Source: Escherichia coli (lineage in GTDB: Bacteria > Pseudomonadota > Gammaproteobacteria > Enterobacterales > Enterobacteriaceae). From it: a DNA stretch of 64,000 bases. The translations under genes and the position numbers were made by a program. Positions 8,568 to 18,209 of this stretch are shown piece by piece (positions within the stretch are counted from its first letter, which is position 1; each line of letters opens with the position of its first letter). Location: NCBI GenBank assembly GCA_902500055.1, contig GCA_902500055.1_4131.1; one strand, given 5' to 3'. The notes beneath the pieces were generated by a model. The model saw nothing but the letters and a program-made list of their open reading frames with translations, did no database searches and had not been told where the DNA came from.

Positions 8568-9722
8568 TTACTTAAAGGTATTTACAATTTCCAGTACAGA
8601 TTTTAGATACTTTTCATCAAACGTTTCAGTAAATCCTGACGGCAACTCTTCAGTACTTACTACTCCACTTTCAATGTACTGCTTGATAAACTTTTCCAGT
8701 AAGAGGGGTTTATTACCATCTTCGAAGAAACGTTCTACTAGTACTTCATGGACGAATTCAGAATCACGACTCTGTTCGTTCACTCTACGTTTCATATCAC
8801 CAGTGATTCCATATTTGTAAACGGTTTTATCTTTATTAGTTAGTTTCTGTACATAAAAATATCCAGGCTTGGAAGTCTGATAACCATACTTACCGCATTT
8901 TGGACAACCACGACCTGTCAAATGTGCTTTAGGTTGCTGATGAAAAATATTTTTACAATTGTTGCATTTTATCTCGACCATTTTTTCACTATGCTCATAC
9001 ATAACAGATGAGTAATCATAATTATTGTTATGAACTTTTACAGCTTCTGCAATAAATTGCTCGGTTGTTCTCCCACCTTTACCTGAACATATACCACATC
9101 CTGACTTCCCAAGTATCAATGTTTTTGGATCAACTTCCCAATCATGATTTCCTTCATTGCAATGCACTGTGACTTTTGTTGTTCTGTTAATATAGTTGGT
9201 TTTTTGGAAACTAAATTTATCACCATAATTACGTTTAACAATTTTTATAAATTCATTATTCGTATGCACTACATTAATATTACAAACGTTACATCCAGCA
9301 CCAGTTAATAACTTATTTGGTGTTATGTGAAAATAACCATTATGTTTAGTGCAGAATATTGTAACTGGAGTTTTTGCATTAACATAAACCAATTTATCAA
9401 ATTTAAATTTTTCAGTCCCGAATTTCTTTTCAACTTTTAAAATGAAATCATCATTATTGGAACGCTGGGACATGTTACTATAACAGTTAGAGCAAGTACA
9501 TGAGATATGACGAATTGCAGACTTTGTATTTTCAATACCACATTTGTTACATTTCAAGGTAGTTTTGCTAGATTTAAAAATCATCGAATTAAAATCAAAC
9601 TCACCATACATTCCATATTTTTCATTCATTTTCTTTTTGAAATTTTCAATTAACATTTTCAATTTACTCAACTTGGTTTCGATTTGATAATTATATATAA
9701 TTAAAAATATTCTGTCAAGCAT
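8568..9722 (-). CDS. homing-endonuclease-like protein: tandem zinc-ribbon repeats plus C-terminal GIY-YIG-like module
   Basis: At least three repeats of the type VTIFCTKHNGYFHITPNKLLTGAGCNVC / VTVHCNEGNHDWEVDPKTLILGKSGCGIC / VEIKCNNCKNIFHQQPKAHLTGRGCPKCG (DUF4379-like ribbons); C-terminus GYFYVQKL...VYKYGITGDMKRR resembles GIY-YIG. Start set to ATG 9722, downstream of the terminator hairpin; track start 9863 would overlap the capsid gene. Confidence 0.5.
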   Translation of the reverse strand: MLDRIFLIIYNYQIETKLSKLKMLIENFKKKMNEKYGMYGEFDFNSMIFKSSKTTLKCNKCGIENTKSAIRHISCTCSNCYSNMSQRSNNDDFILKVEKKFGTEKFKFDKLVYVNAKTPVTIFCTKHNGYFHITPNKLLTGAGCNVCNINVVHTNNEFIKIVKRNYGDKFSFQKTNYINRTTKVTVHCNEGNHDWEVDPKTLILGKSGCGICSGKGGRTTEQFIAEAVKVHNNNYDYSSVMYEHSEKMVEIKCNNCKNIFHQQPKAHLTGRGCPKCGKYGYQTSKPGYFYVQKLTNKDKTVYKYGITGDMKRRVNEQSRDSEFVHEVLVERFFEDGNKPLLLEKFIKQYIESGVVSTEELPSGFTETFDEKYLKSVLEIVNTFK

Positions 9723-9743
9723 TTTTTTAACACAAAAGAAAAG

Positions 9744-9760
9744 GGACTCCGAAGAGTCCC
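9744..9760 (-). terminator. rho-independent terminator hairpin (GGGACTC-cgaa-GAGTCCC) downstream of capsid gene
   Basis: Perfect 7-bp stem; A-run on plus side (T-run on minus) and T-run on plus, so potentially bidirectional. Confidence 0.55.
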
Positions 9761-9804
9761 TATTGTTTTTATATTCTTGATTAAATCTTTTAAATCGTTT
9801 ATAA

Positions 9805-10980
9805 TTACATGAAAGTAACGTTTTTGATAGCGATTTTGCTGTAGTAGTCAGCAGCGTTACCAAGAGATGAAGTACTGTCGGTTAGCTGAACGTAGCCATA
9901 GCGTGTTAAAAATGTGGTCACGAGTTCACCAGTGTTAGGGTCCATTACAGTACCAGAAGCCATTAGTGGGATGTATGGGCAATAGAATACACCAGCATCA
10001 GTTTCCGCATTACCTTTATAACCAATTAGAATATCTTCTGCATCACTAGCATAGGTATCAACGAAAATACGCATAGTGCTGTTTAGAGTACCTACAAACT
10101 TAACGTTAGTTGGTGCTTCAAAAGTACCTTCAGTGGTACGTGCAAAGCTAGAAGTAGTAGCAGATTGTAGAATGGTTAGTGCAGTTGGGGAAACAACAGC
10201 CCAGTTTGCAGCACCACGCTTAGTACGACGAGCAACTTCGTTTGCTTGACGGTTAATTAGAGTAGCTAGAGCAGCGTGCTCATCACCAACGAAGGTTGCA
10301 ACACCAGTAACTTTAGATTGGTCATAAGTTACAGCAGCAGCACCAGGTAGTGCACGTAGACGGCTTAGTAGCTCTTGGTCGATTTCTACAGTAACTTCTT
10401 GAGCGATTGCAGCCATTAGTTCTGCTTCAACGTCAACACCATGTTGGGATTGAGCATCTTGTGCAGATTCAACAGTCCAACGTGCAGATAGACGACGAGA
10501 TTTCGCTTCAACAGTTTCACGTAGAATACGGATGTTAACGCGACGACCCATAGTACCTTCTAGTTGGCTAGTAGGAGCAGCTTGTGGGTTGCTATTATCC
10601 GCATTTAGATCACCAGAGTAGGATTTAGCGATTTTGTATGGAGAAAGCATTTCTTCACCAGCGATTACACCAGGTGCGTTATCAGCATATTGTACACGTA
10701 GGGTGTGGATCTGACCAACTGGACCAGTCATAGGTTGAACACCGATGATTTCGTTAGCAATAACGGTTGGCATTACACGACGCATAATTGGTAGAATCAC
10801 TTTGTTTAGAGTAGCGATGTTACCAGCGGTAGTTGCACCAGAAGTTGCGGATTCAGTTAGCATAACTTTACGATGGTTATCAAGAACAGTTTCCATTACA
10901 GACTTACGAGTACCCTGTAGACCTTCAACTAGTTTCTCTTTTACTGCTACCCATTTGGATTCATTTAGTAGTTGTGACAT
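9805..10980 (-). CDS. 23: major capsid protein (T4 gp23-like; gp24-like vertex paralog not excluded)
   Basis: IIGVQPMTGPVGQIHTLRVQY matches T4 gp23 ICGVQPMNSPTGQVFALRAVY; EAKSRRLSARWTVESAQDAQSQHGVDVEAEL matches EAKSRQLKAAYSIELAQDLRAVHGMDADAEL; lies after the scaffold gene as in T4. RBS AAGGAG. Confidence 0.8.
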   Translation of the reverse strand: MSQLLNESKWVAVKEKLVEGLQGTRKSVMETVLDNHRKVMLTESATSGATTAGNIATLNKVILPIMRRVMPTVIANEIIGVQPMTGPVGQIHTLRVQYADNAPGVIAGEEMLSPYKIAKSYSGDLNADNSNPQAAPTSQLEGTMGRRVNIRILRETVEAKSRRLSARWTVESAQDAQSQHGVDVEAELMAAIAQEVTVEIDQELLSRLRALPGAAAVTYDQSKVTGVATFVGDEHAALATLINRQANEVARRTKRGAANWAVVSPTALTILQSATTSSFARTTEGTFEAPTNVKFVGTLNSTMRIFVDTYASDAEDILIGYKGNAETDAGVFYCPYIPLMASGTVMDPNTGELVTTFLTRYGYVQLTDSTSSLGNAADYYSKIAIKNVTFM

Positions 10981-11026
10981 TATATATCTCCTTAAAGATG
11001 TTATATTCGTTTTTCAGTATGATATT

Positions 11027-11034
11027 ATTTATAG
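11027..11034 (-). promoter_or_regulatory. T4-type late promoter TATAAATA (minus strand) upstream of capsid gene
   Basis: Exact TATAAATA on the minus strand ~47 nt upstream of the capsid ATG; a gp55-like sigma factor is encoded in the window. Confidence 0.5.
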
Positions 11035-11071
11035 AACTGAAAAATTTGATTATTAAAATGCTTTAAAATGT

Positions 11072-12187
11072 TTATTTTTTATTGATACCTGAAAGAACAT
11101 CGAGTTCTTTTAGGAATGCCATATCGTCAGCGGTCATTTCTTCGCTTTCAACAATAGCCTGACGGTTGCCAGTGATTACTTTACCTTCTGCAAGAGTTTT
11201 CTTAGCGGAAGACTGAACTGCTTGACGAGTGGTAGCAGATTCATTTACTTTAGTACCGTTAAGTACTGACTTATGGTACTTGCTGAAATCTTCTTTAAGC
11301 TTTTCAGTAGGTGAAGTAGCTAGAAGAGATTCCATAATTTGTTTTTGCTGTGCAGTTAGTGGTTTTACTAGTTCAGACATAATCGCATTACGTGCTTGTG
11401 CATCTTCCATAATACGTAGTTTGGTTTTAGCAGCTTTAACCGCATTAGCAGTTTCATGTAGTTCTTGCTTAACTTGAGCAATTTCATCTTCTTTAGATTT
11501 AATTGATTCAGTTAGGGAACGTAGCAATGAGTTTTCATTAAATTGTTTGACATTAAACTCTTGAGCAAATGCTTCAAAGATTTTACGACCAAACATATTT
11601 TGTTTTGCTTCCACTAGATCTTGTTTCAACGCATATAGATTCTTCTGAGTGGTTTCTGCAATATATTTAGCAGCACTTTCAGATGTACGTTTGATGAAGT
11701 TATTACGAGCTTCAGCAATTTGACGTGAACCTTCAGCAAGTAGTTTAACGCGAGTTTCAACTAGTTGACGTTTTTCAGTGTGGAATTCTTTTAGCTCTTC
11801 TGCTAGGATACCGTTAGAAAAATTAACGAATTTACCCATGCATTCATGAAGATGCTTACGTTCTTTACGCATTTGTTTAACTTCTTCAGCCAAAACAGAG
11901 TTTGAAAACGCAGAGAAATTGCTTAGTGTTTTACGTAGAGTTACACGATCTTCAACAAGACGTTTTTTCTCTTCATATACAGCACCCATTTCTTCAGCAA
12001 TGACTTGAGTAACCATAGTGTTCAAACCTTCGGTTAGTTCAGCCAAATCTTGCTGATAACGGCCTTTCATTTCTTCACGCATCTCTGCGGCTAGTGTGTT
12101 CTTTTCTTCATTCCATGCTTCCTGAATTAGCTGTTTTGCCTCATCAGAAAGAGATGATTCTTTTAGAAGCTTTTCTAATTTAGACAT
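11072..12187 (-). CDS. 22: prohead core scaffold protein (gp22-like)
   Basis: 371 aa, Glu/Lys/Ala/Gln-rich with coiled-coil character; positioned between protease and capsid genes as in T4; RBS AAAGGAGAG. Confidence 0.6.
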   Translation of the reverse strand: MSKLEKLLKESSLSDEAKQLIQEAWNEEKNTLAAEMREEMKGRYQQDLAELTEGLNTMVTQVIAEEMGAVYEEKKRLVEDRVTLRKTLSNFSAFSNSVLAEEVKQMRKERKHLHECMGKFVNFSNGILAEELKEFHTEKRQLVETRVKLLAEGSRQIAEARNNFIKRTSESAAKYIAETTQKNLYALKQDLVEAKQNMFGRKIFEAFAQEFNVKQFNENSLLRSLTESIKSKEDEIAQVKQELHETANAVKAAKTKLRIMEDAQARNAIMSELVKPLTAQQKQIMESLLATSPTEKLKEDFSKYHKSVLNGTKVNESATTRQAVQSSAKKTLAEGKVITGNRQAIVESEEMTADDMAFLKELDVLSGINKK

Positions 12188-12234
12188 TCGTTCTCTCCTT
12201 TAAGTACTGAAATATCTGTACTTCAACATACAGA

Positions 12235-12242
12235 TATTTATA
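12235..12242 (-). promoter_or_regulatory. T4-type late promoter TATAAATA (minus strand) upstream of scaffold gene
   Basis: Exact TATAAATA on the minus strand ~45 nt upstream of ATG at 12187. Confidence 0.45.
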
Positions 12243-12253
12243 TTTTTAAAATG

Positions 12254-12877
12254 TTAACCTTTTAATTTCTTGAAAAAATCGTATATTTCAGAATCTAAAT
12301 TATTTACTTTTTTAGATTCAGTGATTTTTTTAGAACTATTACAAGGTGATCCGTACTTACTCATCAGAGATTCAAATACCGCTGTTGGGTATGCTTCTGG
12401 AGCACTAGGTTGAGCAACAATATCAATAGTGATAATTTCAAAATCAGAAACTATTCCATTATAATCAACGTTACCGGAACCGCGAGAACTTACACCAAGT
12501 TTTACACCAGCCTCTAGCATTTTACGGATATTTTGACCATGTGCAGTATCAAGTAGTTTGATTTCTGCCATACCATTAGCACCTTCCATCCAAACCTTAG
12601 TAATCATTGCTGCTACTCGGTCTAGGTTAATAGTTAGTGTTTCTGGATGGTCACATTCAACAAGAATGCTTTCACCTTTAGCTAAACGCTGGTTCATGTT
12701 ATTTACTGCCCTTGTAATTTCAGATAAAGGGTAAATTCTCTCGTTCAAATTTCGTTGGTCGGCTTGAATAGCAATACCACGAAGATAGCAGTCACGCCCA
12801 CCAAATCCATTATCACGATGTTCCAAAACAACTTTAGAATCATTGAATGAAGACCATTCACGAATCATACTACTCAT
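12254..12877 (-). CDS. 21: prohead core protease (gp21-like)
   Basis: RNLNERIYPLSEITRAVNN ... ECDHPE ... GVKLGVSSRGSGNV parallels T4 gp21 NRNKRLYPKRILEKAV ... LNHPP ... GWIPGVSSRGLGSL; RBS GGAGA. Confidence 0.8.
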   Translation of the reverse strand: MSSMIREWSSFNDSKVVLEHRDNGFGGRDCYLRGIAIQADQRNLNERIYPLSEITRAVNNMNQRLAKGESILVECDHPETLTINLDRVAAMITKVWMEGANGMAEIKLLDTAHGQNIRKMLEAGVKLGVSSRGSGNVDYNGIVSDFEIITIDIVAQPSAPEAYPTAVFESLMSKYGSPCNSSKKITESKKVNNLDSEIYDFFKKLKG

Positions 12878-12897
12878 AATGATCTCCTTTCAGATAT

Positions 12898-13722
12898 TTA
12901 TTTTAGTTTAGGTTGTGCTTTGCTTAGTGGTGATTTAGAATTAGATGCAGTAGTTTTTGGTGCTTTAACATCTTTCATTTCACCGCGAGCATTTTTACCA
13001 AGATCTAGACTATCTTTTGGTAGAACAGATTTATCATCTAGGTCTAGTAGTGGTGCTTGGTCAGTTTTCTTAGCGAATTTAACTGGCTCTGCTCCTGCTA
13101 CTGGAGATTTAGCTTCTGGTGCTACTGGAGATTTGGAATGAGTGCCAGCTTTTTCTTTCTTATCAACTGGAGCAACTTTTTCTAGTTTGAAGGATTCACC
13201 GAATTTTTCATCACCGAATTCAACATCAGCAAATTCGTCGTCACCGTCAACGCCAACTTCTTCTTCGCTATCTTCTACTTCTTCTTCAGAATCTAGATCA
13301 ACTTCACCGTCACCGATTTCATCAAACATTTGTTGTAGGCCACGGAAAGCATCTTGGATTGATTCCCATTGGTCTTCGGAAGGAACATCAGCATCAGCTT
13401 TCACTTCAACGTCAACATCGTCTTCACCGTCACCATCTTCATCAGCAGAGAATTCAACTTCTTCTTCTGCACTTTCATCTTCTTCACCAAGGGTGTATTC
13501 GATTTCAGCATTTAGACCTTCGTCTGGTTGTACATCAAAATCTTCGTCAAGCTTTTCTTCATCTTTGACTTCACAATCTTCATCTTCCATGCTTTCTTCT
13601 AGTTGTTTGTTAATTTCTTGAGCTTGCTCAACGAAATACTTACGCATTTTTTTATCAGCAATATCTTGTTCGCCATTTGCAAACGCCGCAATTGCTTCTT
13701 GTAGTAGTTTTAAATTCGCCAT
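12898..13722 (-). CDS. highly acidic prohead core / internal protein (gp68-like)
   Basis: Extremely Asp/Glu-rich low-complexity protein between portal and protease genes; start moved to ATG 13722 (MANLKLLQEA...) which has GGAGGA 5 nt upstream. Functional call is positional. Confidence 0.4.
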   Translation of the reverse strand: MANLKLLQEAIAAFANGEQDIADKKMRKYFVEQAQEINKQLEESMEDEDCEVKDEEKLDEDFDVQPDEGLNAEIEYTLGEEDESAEEEVEFSADEDGDGEDDVDVEVKADADVPSEDQWESIQDAFRGLQQMFDEIGDGEVDLDSEEEVEDSEEEVGVDGDDEFADVEFGDEKFGESFKLEKVAPVDKKEKAGTHSKSPVAPEAKSPVAGAEPVKFAKKTDQAPLLDLDDKSVLPKDSLDLGKNARGEMKDVKAPKTTASNSKSPLSKAQPKLK

Positions 13723-13823
13723 TATATCCTCCATAGATATATTACATTCGTATAAAGTATGATATTATTTAGTACTGAATAAAATCGCCTTTTTTAAAAG
13801 CTTTAAAAAGTGCGATTTTTGAT

Positions 13824-14051
13824 TTACATTAACCCAGAACCGTCACCTGTTGGTGCAGCGGCATAAACAACTGCAACCACATTTTTGCGGCGTTGTTCTT
13901 CATGTGCTTTAAATTCACGGTACTTTCTTAAGTTGTTTAATACTTGTAATGTTAGTTTCGGTTTTCTGGAATCAGTAATTTTATATACGTTCTGATCATC
14001 TTCAGGGTCGTACATTGAATCACTGCTAGATTCAAAGATGTCCTTTAACAT
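13824..14051 (-). CDS. small prohead core protein (gp67-like, positional)
   Basis: 75-aa ORF immediately downstream of the portal gene, as gp67 is in T4. Confidence 0.35.
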   Translation of the reverse strand: MLKDIFESSSDSMYDPEDDQNVYKITDSRKPKLTLQVLNNLRKYREFKAHEEQRRKNVVAVVYAAAPTGDGSGLM

Positions 14052-14123
14052 TTGATCTCCTTGAAATATGCATTATAAATGAGGGTAAAATAAACCCTCA
14101 TTCTTATACACTGTTATTTATGT

Positions 14124-15863
14124 TTAAAAAGAATTGCCTAAATTATTAGGGTCAAAACCACCACTTCCACTCTGTTGCTCTTGATATTCGGCATCAGCAC
14201 TTTCCAAATTACCTTCTCCATCAATACCAAGATCCATTCCAGGATCATTTGGAGCATCAATACCAACAGACTGCAATCCTGCGGAATCTTCTTCACCACC
14301 AGAAGGTTGGGAACCATCTTGTGGATTCTCTTGTAACCACATTTGTTCATTCTTAACAATATCAGCTTTAGAAAAGCCCATTTTTTCAAGAATTGTTTGT
14401 TTCGCCATATAAGGCAAGTCATTAAGAGGAAGATATGTATTAATTAGTTTAGCATCTAGTTCAGCTTTACGATAAGAAGCTAAGTTAATAGGTGGATTCA
14501 TAATAACTTCAAAAGATGAAGTACTAATGTTATATCCATTTTTAACCATAAATCTTTTGAATTCAGCATCAAAATGTTTTGCAACTAAACGTTGATAACG
14601 CATACATTGATTATTGAATCGCAATTCACTTGCCATAGCTTGTGTAGCACCATCACCAAATAATGAAACACCACCATCATCTGGACCTTGTGGTAGATAT
14701 GAAGCTGGTATTTGAAGACCACGAATCAATTTATTATTGAAATAACGTAAGTCATCAATTTGTCCTAAGTTATCACCGCCTGGTAATGTTTGAACATCTG
14801 AACCACGACCTTCAGAAGTTTGTGGGAAAAAGTAGTCTTCTAAAATGCTTAATGGATTATACGCTGCATCCATTAGTGAAGTACTTCCACCTTTGTTTGA
14901 AGGTATTCTACGCTGGTGGATTTCATTTTTAAATCTTTCAACATATGCCATTGCTTGGTGAGCTTGCATATCACCGACATCGATTTTAAATACGCGACGT
15001 TCCGGTGCACGTTGAACACGATAGATAATAATACTATCTTCCAGAAGTTCTTTTTGTTTATAGACTTTAAATACGTCCTCAAGTATACTAGTACCAAAGG
15101 GCCATACTCCATCTTGTCCTGTATTTAGTGTCAGGTGAATAACGTGTTCTGCACCTACTGGGATAACATCTAGTTGACCGTTAGTACTGAATGGATCAGC
15201 AGTATTTCCTTGACTTGTAAAACCAGATGCACCACCCGCAGCTACTGAACCACCACCACCCATTGTTGTCGGAATAGCTCCTGGATAAGCGGTTTTATCA
15301 AATCCTACTTGAAGGTTACTAAAAACTTTATCTTTCAAATTTAATGATACGTCACGTATATAATAAATTACTGGTGTTTTACCAGTGGCTTCGTTAACAA
15401 ATACTTGCTCAACATTTTTGGGACTTACCCAATACCAATCGAATGTTTCTGGATCTCGAATGAAAAATTGATCACCATATTTCAGAAGACCACGCACAAT
15501 TTCATACATTCGTGTTTTAAAATCATTTTGTTCAGTCCATGCATCTAAACGATCTTCAATAGTCGTTACTTCAGTATCACCAATATCATCTTTATATTTG
15601 ATTTTATATGGTAAACCAAAATCTTCAGTACTTTGGGTACAAAAGTCAGCAATTATATTCAATGCAGTTCTAATTTCAGGATCTTGGTCCATTTGCTCAT
15701 ACTGACTATAACGCTCAGTACGGTTTGCCAATCCATTATATACAACAGGAAGATAGGAAGCGAAATTTGTTTTCGTTCCTGTTGATTTATTGCTATTACT
15801 GGACTGATTTGGGATGGTCGATAGTTTAGACCTTCCCACTGTCATATGTCGTTTCCAACTCAT
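14124..15863 (-). CDS. 20: portal vertex protein (gp20-like)
   Basis: EDSIIIYRVQRAPERRVFKIDVGDM ... TLPGGDNLGQIDDLRYF matches T4 gp20 [25 protein letters not shown] ... TLPGADNTGNMEDIRWF; RBS AAGGA. Confidence 0.85.
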   Translation of the reverse strand: MSWKRHMTVGRSKLSTIPNQSSNSNKSTGTKTNFASYLPVVYNGLANRTERYSQYEQMDQDPEIRTALNIIADFCTQSTEDFGLPYKIKYKDDIGDTEVTTIEDRLDAWTEQNDFKTRMYEIVRGLLKYGDQFFIRDPETFDWYWVSPKNVEQVFVNEATGKTPVIYYIRDVSLNLKDKVFSNLQVGFDKTAYPGAIPTTMGGGGSVAAGGASGFTSQGNTADPFSTNGQLDVIPVGAEHVIHLTLNTGQDGVWPFGTSILEDVFKVYKQKELLEDSIIIYRVQRAPERRVFKIDVGDMQAHQAMAYVERFKNEIHQRRIPSNKGGSTSLMDAAYNPLSILEDYFFPQTSEGRGSDVQTLPGGDNLGQIDDLRYFNNKLIRGLQIPASYLPQGPDDGGVSLFGDGATQAMASELRFNNQCMRYQRLVAKHFDAEFKRFMVKNGYNISTSSFEVIMNPPINLASYRKAELDAKLINTYLPLNDLPYMAKQTILEKMGFSKADIVKNEQMWLQENPQDGSQPSGGEEDSAGLQSVGIDAPNDPGMDLGIDGEGNLESADAEYQEQQSGSGGFDPNNLGNSF

Positions 15864-15874
15864 TATTTTCGTCC

Positions 15875-18079
15875 TTAACTGTTTCTCTCACCTTGAGTGT
15901 TTTCAGAGATAGTTCTTAGATAGTTATTTGTCTGTTGCACAGCAGATAGAGATTGCTCATTAACATCAGCAAGTTTTTTAAGTAACTCTTTCATGTCTTC
16001 TGATATTGTGGCATTATTATTAGCATTTGCCATACTACTACCACTATTTATCATCGCTTTCATGGCCTCATAATCGTCCGGTTCAGCTTGAATTGGTGGT
16101 TCATTTGGACCCCATGCTGATTTATCAAAAGTTTTTGGAGTTATGGTAACATATGGTGCAACATGTTCAGATTTTTCGATTCTCGCAGTTGCTCTTGGCT
16201 TATTTTCAAGACCACTACTAATAAGTTTTTCAGCAACTGATTCATCAAGGGGTTTTGGTTGTTTAAAGTTTCTACTTGAATTCCATTTTAAAAAACCATC
16301 AAATGAACTAGAAATATAATCACCAAATGAATTCATTTTTTCTTCAAAATAATTATTAACTTTTTCTGCACCATCGGTAACAGAATTGTTTTCTACTTTT
16401 ACTTTGTCGTCTGATCCACCAAACCAACCTTTAACAGAATCCCAAAGTTTACCAGGAAGATCCATTAGGTTATTCATAAAGCTATCAAATGCTTCTGAAA
16501 CTTTATTATATCCACTACCAAAAATTTCAGTACCTAACCCTTCTAACCACTGCTCAAACTCACCACCAATCCTATCCAAATACGCAACTGCATCTTTCGC
16601 AATAGGAACCAAACCAAAACCATCAAGTGCTAACTCTCCGATGAATTCCCATGCACCATCAGTACGGTCTGCAATATCAGTAAGGTAATCCGCAATAGAA
16701 TTTTGTGTATCTGCATACATTTTATTAAATGGTTCAGTAAATTCTTTACTAATCCATCTATTGAATCTATCAGTGAATTGTGTTAGTTTATCTGCTGGTT
16801 GACTCTTAGGATCATTAATCGCAGCTTCCATATCAAGTAGTTGTTGGTTGAAGGTTGCTGCCGTAGTGTTTCCTAATTGTATTTGATTTAATAAATCTTG
16901 CTTTATTAGTTCTTTGTTCTTTTTAACAAATTCCAATTGTTGACGGCGAATTTCTTGTGAATCAGTAACACCACTACGTACCAAGTTCTCACCTAAATCA
17001 GCAAATTGGTTCAGTACTGGAGTCAATAAATCATCTGGTACTCCACCAATAGTTAAACGATGTGAAATTAAACGTAGAAAATCTGCACCAGCATCACCCA
17101 TACTGGCAGCAGCTTCGTTAAATGCTTTTGATGTTGCAACTGCTGCTTTACTAGATAATCCAGAATAGTTTTGTAATGCGATTTGCATTGAACGTGTGTC
17201 TAATGATTTATCTAAGTTTTGTGTTTTATTTAATAGTGCATCAACTGACTCACCCATACTTTTACTGAACTTAGTCATGCTCATGATAAACTGTTCAGTA
17301 CTTTTTGCTTGATCCATACTACGTAACATTTCTCTTCCACCAAATTGCTTTTGGAATTTAATATTACGTGCAGTTAAATCAGTTAATGTTTTTTGAGAAA
17401 CACCATATAAACCTAATTGATTTTGTGCTTGTTGCACAGTACCCAATAATTTACCAAATGTAGAAACACCATCACCATATGCACCATCTAATTGTGCAAC
17501 AACGGCACTATGAGTTTGTAATGCTTCACCAAATGCATCAATACTCATCATTGATGCACCAGCACCTTTTAATATGGAGCCGTAACCTTCAGATAGAGCG
17601 ACACCAGCACTGTTTATTCTATTATAAACTTCAAGCTGTGCATTTAACACATTATAAACTGCTAAACCAGCGTCAGCAACCAATTTGAATGCAGATGCTG
17701 CTGCACCAACTGGACCTGGGATCATTGCTAATGAACCAGCAAATGAAGATGCACTCATTCCTAGTGAGTTTACAACATTGCTAACGTTTGCAGACGTACT
17801 CATCATAGTTTTGCCGACATTCGATACTTCAGATGATAATGATTTGAATATTTTTCCAAATTCTTTACCATCATCAGCTTTGTTATTTGTTCGAGAGCCA
17901 CGGTTTCCAGTACTTGATGAATTACTTCCATTACGTTTTCCACTTTTAGAACCGGATTTCTTTCTATCATTTTTTATATTTTCAGCCAATAACTCACGTA
18001 TAGCACTCAAACTATCGTTGTTATCTTTAGTTTGATTAACCAACTGCTGGAGTAGGTAATCACTTGTATTTCCAGCCAT
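15875..18079 (-). CDS. tape-measure-like / internal virion protein (uncertain)
   Basis: 734 aa; low-complexity Ser/Asn/Gly/Lys-rich N-terminus, Gly/Ala-rich hydrophobic segment (MIPGPVGAAASAFKLVADAGLAV), long Gln/Leu-rich helical stretches. Sits directly upstream of the portal gene where T4 has the tail tube gene. Confidence 0.3.
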   Translation of the reverse strand: MAGNTSDYLLQQLVNQTKDNNDSLSAIRELLAENIKNDRKKSGSKSGKRNGSNSSSTGNRGSRTNNKADDGKEFGKIFKSLSSEVSNVGKTMMSTSANVSNVVNSLGMSASSFAGSLAMIPGPVGAAASAFKLVADAGLAVYNVLNAQLEVYNRINSAGVALSEGYGSILKGAGASMMSIDAFGEALQTHSAVVAQLDGAYGDGVSTFGKLLGTVQQAQNQLGLYGVSQKTLTDLTARNIKFQKQFGGREMLRSMDQAKSTEQFIMSMTKFSKSMGESVDALLNKTQNLDKSLDTRSMQIALQNYSGLSSKAAVATSKAFNEAAASMGDAGADFLRLISHRLTIGGVPDDLLTPVLNQFADLGENLVRSGVTDSQEIRRQQLEFVKKNKELIKQDLLNQIQLGNTTAATFNQQLLDMEAAINDPKSQPADKLTQFTDRFNRWISKEFTEPFNKMYADTQNSIADYLTDIADRTDGAWEFIGELALDGFGLVPIAKDAVAYLDRIGGEFEQWLEGLGTEIFGSGYNKVSEAFDSFMNNLMDLPGKLWDSVKGWFGGSDDKVKVENNSVTDGAEKVNNYFEEKMNSFGDYISSSFDGFLKWNSSRNFKQPKPLDESVAEKLISSGLENKPRATARIEKSEHVAPYVTITPKTFDKSAWGPNEPPIQAEPDDYEAMKAMINSGSSMANANNNATISEDMKELLKKLADVNEQSLSAVQQTNNYLRTISENTQGERNS

Positions 18080-18167
18080 AACATTCCCTTTTAATAGATG
18101 TATTATAGAAATATTTATGAAACTATAGAGAATATAAAAATTAGTTTAATTTAATCTTTTTTAGTCT

Positions 18168-18175
18168 TATAAATA
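18168..18175 (+). promoter_or_regulatory. T4-type late promoter TATAAATA (plus strand)
   Basis: Exact TATAAATA ~35 nt upstream of ATG 18210 in a divergent intergenic region. Confidence 0.5.
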
Positions 18176-18209
18176 CTAAAACACATTTATTACATGGAGA
18201 TTTAATAAA

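Noticed and set aside
12920-13621. Plus-strand ORFs (12920-13141, 13142-13621, 13359-13568) giving Ser/Thr- or His/Leu-rich peptides
   Set aside because: They are the reverse-complement frames of the low-complexity acidic head-core gene; no RBS, not independent genes.
14138-15128. Nested ORFs (14138-14422, 14873-15112, 14916-15128) within the portal gene
   Set aside because: Alternative-frame and antisense ORFs inside a gene with strong gp20 homology.
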